Assembly (NCBI GenBank): GCA_965214095.1
Contig: OZ243938.1
Span: forward strand, 448,001 to 512,000
Direction of reading: 5' to 3'
Source of the DNA: Candidatus Poribacteria bacterium
Lineage (GTDB): Bacteria; Poribacteria; WGA-4E; WGA-3G
Length of the DNA stretch: 64,000 nucleotides
Positions 60,801-64,000 of the stretch are shown here, in pieces. The position numbers were made by a program, and so were the translations under genes. The notes below the pieces were generated by a model that did no database searches, was not told the origin of the DNA, and was given only the letters and a program-made list of their open reading frames with translations. Position 1 is the stretch's first letter. Each line of letters opens with the position of its first letter.

Positions 60801-61138
60801 AGTCCAATTTCCTGCTTAATCTGGGACCATTTCTTTCCCCCATCAGTTGCTAATTCATTTTCTGCTTCAACAATATCAGCTAATACACCTGCTTCTGAAT
60901 TAATCAGAGCAGTTTCACGCCATTCGGTGAGAAAGATTGAAAGTGTTTCAACATCTTTCTTACCTTCCGATATCTGTGTTAACAACTTGAACAATTCTGC
61001 AAAAAACTCAACAAGTTCTTCTGCTTCTAACCATTTGAGCCAAGCAAATGATTTTGAAGAGGGAACAGATTTCACGAACAATTCATCGTTCATGAGATGT
61101 CCAACGACAAGTTTTGAATTTTTCATCTGAAACCTCAA
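60797..61138 (-). CDS. Putative antitoxin
   Basis: Acidic 113-aa protein with WL.WL, EWRETA and a G.KW..IK.EIGL tail, coupled to the RelE-like remnant. Confidence 0.55.
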   Translation of the reverse strand: MRFQMKNSKLVVGHLMNDELFVKSVPSSKSFAWLKWLEAEELVEFFAELFKLLTQISEGKKDVETLSIFLTEWRETALINSEAGVLADIVEAENELATDGGKKWSQIKQEIGL

Positions 61139-61333
61139 ATCATAGTATTATGTTAATACCAATTATTCAAGTTTTAAATGTGAATTTCAAGGAAATATTA
61201 GCGCGCACTGATGAAGTATCAAGTTAAAGTTCAGCAATATTAAGGACTGTCACGATTCCCTTTGTTGGTGACATCTTATACGCGCTTACTGCAAAACATT
61301 ACTGCTGAACCGTAATCAATACTTCATCGGACG

Positions 61334-61897
61334 CTATTCTTTCTCTTCCTTTTTGTCCTTCTTGTTCTTTTTAGGACGCATTTCTTGAAGTATCTGGACG
61401 ACCGTTTCCATCTGTTCTTCAAGCTTCTCAAGTCGCGGTTCTACTGGATCAAGTGTATCGTCATCCTCAATTTCAACGACTTCAACTGTGGTAGAACCAT
61501 CAGAATCGGGATCCTCAGAATCTTCCGTTGCACTGAAAATAGTGCGACTTACAACTTCACCAACATCTTTCATAATGTTGCCGATAGTTTCCTTTTCCTG
61601 CTTAAATTCGTAATCTATATCAAATCCGAACCCTTCTTTGAGGTAAGTAGAAACTTGATTGTAGGCAAAACCGATATCTCCGAGAGATGCGTTTTCTTCT
61701 AACGGATCAAACAATCCTTCTGGCAATGCTTCTAAATCATTTAATCTTGCCAAAGCGTTGTTGAATTGTCGGATGCATCGTGCTTCCCCATCCGATAAAT
61801 TGTCTAATACGGAGGCACGTTCAAGATGCTTCGATGTTGTCTCCAACATACGGACAATTCTCCGAATTTCCCTTTTAGTATCACGTTCGTTACTCAT
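61334..61897 (-). CDS. Hypothetical protein
   Basis: 187-aa ORF with AGGAG RBS; helical N-domain and coiled-coil C-terminus. Confidence 0.65.
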   Translation of the reverse strand: MSNERDTKREIRRIVRMLETTSKHLERASVLDNLSDGEARCIRQFNNALARLNDLEALPEGLFDPLEENASLGDIGFAYNQVSTYLKEGFGFDIDYEFKQEKETIGNIMKDVGEVVSRTIFSATEDSEDPDSDGSTTVEVVEIEDDDTLDPVEPRLEKLEEQMETVVQILQEMRPKKNKKDKKEEKE

Positions 61898-62019
61898 TTC
61901 AAATCTCCTTAATTATGGCATTTGATATAATAGAGTCTTGACTGTTGTAAAGGATAGTTAAATATCAAAAAAAATTGTACACTTTCTATCCATTTGACAT
62001 ATTATCAATTTGGGAATAA

Positions 62020-63228
62020 TCAATCCTCCTTTAGTTCTCCAACATTCCGTCTAATTTTGATTGCCGCCTTGATGATGTCTTCCATGTCCTCCTCTGTCCC
62101 CATCAGTACATTCTGGCTCAAGGCAAGTCCTGATTGGCAGATTTTCTCTGTTTCTGGACAGTGAACATCCGAATAGTCAAGGTCTTGACCAAATAGGGTG
62201 GTCTGTAAGAATGTAGAACGATACATCGGAGTTGTATACCAATATCCAATAGGTATGCCTTCAGCACGCATCGCATCAAGGAACACCTTTCGTGAGATCC
62301 CCTCAAACTCCTCTGAATCAAAAATTGCTTTATATCCGTGTGAGCCGCCTCGGGTAGCACGAGGGTCTAACCGTGTGACTTTAATACCGGGAATCTCGCC
62401 GAACCACCCATCTAACCACCGCATATTCATGTGTCTTAGGTTCGTTTCCTCTTCAAGTCGGGTTAGACGTGAGAGGAGTAGTGCGGCTTGCCATTCTGTC
62501 ATTCTGAAATTCCCACCAAAAGGTTCAATATTACCTAATTCGGCATCGGAAGGCGTGCGTCCGCAGTTGTGGAGGGCATACGCGCGTTCATAGAGTTCTC
62601 TGTCGTTCATTATGATGATGCCGCCTTCACCTGCACAAAGATTCTTGGAGGATTGAAAACTGAAACAACCAAAATCTCCCCAACTACCAACACCTTTGCC
62701 ACGCCATTCGGCTCCGTGTGCTTGTGCACAATCTTCAACAATCTTGATGTTGTGTTTTTCAGATATATCAACGAGTGCATCTAAATCAGATGGGTATCCT
62801 GCAATGTGGACAGGAAGGACGGCTTTCGTCTTTTCTGTAATAGCATCTTCAATCTTGGACACATCAATCAGAAAACTGTCGGGTGCAGTATCCACAAAAA
62901 CTGGCACTGCGTGTGTCATGAGGATAGCGACGACAGTGGCTTGGAATGTATATGACGTAGTGATTACTTCGTCCCCAGGGTTCACACCAGCGGCTTTCAG
63001 TGCGATATAGAGTGCAGTGGTGCCACTATTGACACAGACACCGTGTTTTGCACCTTGAAATTCAGCAAATTGTTGTGCAAATTCAGGAACTTTTGTGCCA
63101 CCGACTCCCCAACGTCCACTATTATAGATACTTTCAAACGCTTCTATATCAGATGGGGCAAGTGTAGGCCAAGATGGAAACGGTTCTGTTCTGATCGGTT
63201 CTCCGCCATTTATCGCTAAAGTTGACAT
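62020..63228 (-). CDS. DegT/DnrJ/EryC1/StrS PLP aminotransferase
   Basis: NSGT.AL, EDCAQAHG and FSFQSSKNL.AGEGG motifs. Confidence 0.93.
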   Translation of the reverse strand: MSTLAINGGEPIRTEPFPSWPTLAPSDIEAFESIYNSGRWGVGGTKVPEFAQQFAEFQGAKHGVCVNSGTTALYIALKAAGVNPGDEVITTSYTFQATVVAILMTHAVPVFVDTAPDSFLIDVSKIEDAITEKTKAVLPVHIAGYPSDLDALVDISEKHNIKIVEDCAQAHGAEWRGKGVGSWGDFGCFSFQSSKNLCAGEGGIIIMNDRELYERAYALHNCGRTPSDAELGNIEPFGGNFRMTEWQAALLLSRLTRLEEETNLRHMNMRWLDGWFGEIPGIKVTRLDPRATRGGSHGYKAIFDSEEFEGISRKVFLDAMRAEGIPIGYWYTTPMYRSTFLQTTLFGQDLDYSDVHCPETEKICQSGLALSQNVLMGTEEDMEDIIKAAIKIRRNVGELKED

Positions 63229-63229
63229 G

Positions 63230-63742
63230 TCAATGCTCCACTGGTATTTCAGTTTTGAAATTTATCACAAATCCTGGTGGAAAATTACCCGATTCAACTT
63301 CATCTATGAGTTTGTTTAGGGCAATTTGTGCTTTATTTGCTAATTCTGCATCTATTATACCATTTTCAAGTGCGGTTTCAAATTCATCCTCATCTTGAAT
63401 TTCGTAAGTGCCATCAGGTGAAACCCATAAATCAAGAAATAGGTCAACGATTTCAAATTTATCAGGAGTGCGTTCAACAGGTAATATTATATCACAATAG
63501 TAGCCTGTCCATTCGTTCTTTAGGTTATAGATTTTACCGATGTCATACCACAATCCTGTGAATACAAACCATACTGCAGTGAAATTATCACCTAAAACCG
63601 TTTCACCATCTATTACTATTGGGGCAGAAGGAGTAACCCTTTGTGAAGTAACGATTACCTCTTTGTCTTTATACAACAACTGCTGTTCAAAATAATTAAC
63701 ACGATCCGGAAGTCTTTTATAGGTGAGTGTGATTGTTTGCAT
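63230..63742 (-). CDS. DUF402 (FomD-like) domain protein
   Basis: YYCDI, DL.LDLWV.PDG and DEDE motifs. Confidence 0.88.
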   Translation of the reverse strand: MQTITLTYKRLPDRVNYFEQQLLYKDKEVIVTSQRVTPSAPIVIDGETVLGDNFTAVWFVFTGLWYDIGKIYNLKNEWTGYYCDIILPVERTPDKFEIVDLFLDLWVSPDGTYEIQDEDEFETALENGIIDAELANKAQIALNKLIDEVESGNFPPGFVINFKTEIPVEH

Positions 63743-63750
63743 TGTTATGT

Positions 63751-64000
63751 TTAAGCATCAATTGCATTGCGGAACGTCTTGATGTGCGCGGGAGTTGTAC
63801 CACAACACCCACCTATCAAATATGCACCTGTATCAATAAGTGCGGGGACATACTCTGCCATCTCTGTCGGTGATTGCGAATAAACTGTCTTATAGTTTTC
63901 ATCAAGTTCAGGCATGCCTGCGTTTGGATATGCCATCATCCGTATGTCGTCAACATTCATCTCTGACATTGCTGAATGCAGTTGATGTGTGCCTGTAATT
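63751..64000 (-). CDS. Homocysteine S-methyltransferase family protein, C-terminal part (5' end outside the window)
   Basis: YPNAGMP and IGGCCGTTPAHI motifs. Confidence 0.85.
   Translation of the reverse strand, partial: ITGTHQLHSAMSEMNVDDIRMMAYPNAGMPELDENYKTVYSQSPTEMAEYVPALIDTGAYLIGGCCGTTPAHIKTFRNAIDA

Overview
AT-rich (roughly 40% GC by eye) bacterial chromosomal window. Gene content suggests Candidatus Poribacteria (inference): a LamG protein ending in the VEPRGKLATIWGDIK tail, WD40/PD40 proteins, PhyH, a sulfatase, a DUF6785/DUF6784 membrane protein and a UBact-proteasome operon. It contains a complete UBact-proteasome operon (arc/mpa-dop-ubact-prcB-prcA-pafA), housekeeping genes (queG, pheA, gapA, tpiA, secG, mobA), two Omp85-family proteins, many sugar/sulfate catabolic enzymes, two tnpA-less IS200/IS605 TnpB elements, and many GTAG-REP-containing MITE-like repeats. 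The main result is two small minus-strand genes missing from the ORF track because each has an in-frame TGA. One is a classic CxxU Rdx/SelW selenoprotein (42087-42317), which indicates that the organism decodes UGA as Sec. The other is a DUF5069-like protein (13839-14084) whose conserved Cys position is a TGA followed directly by a SECIS-like hairpin, a candidate little-known or new selenoprotein family. All family assignments come from motif recognition, not database searches.
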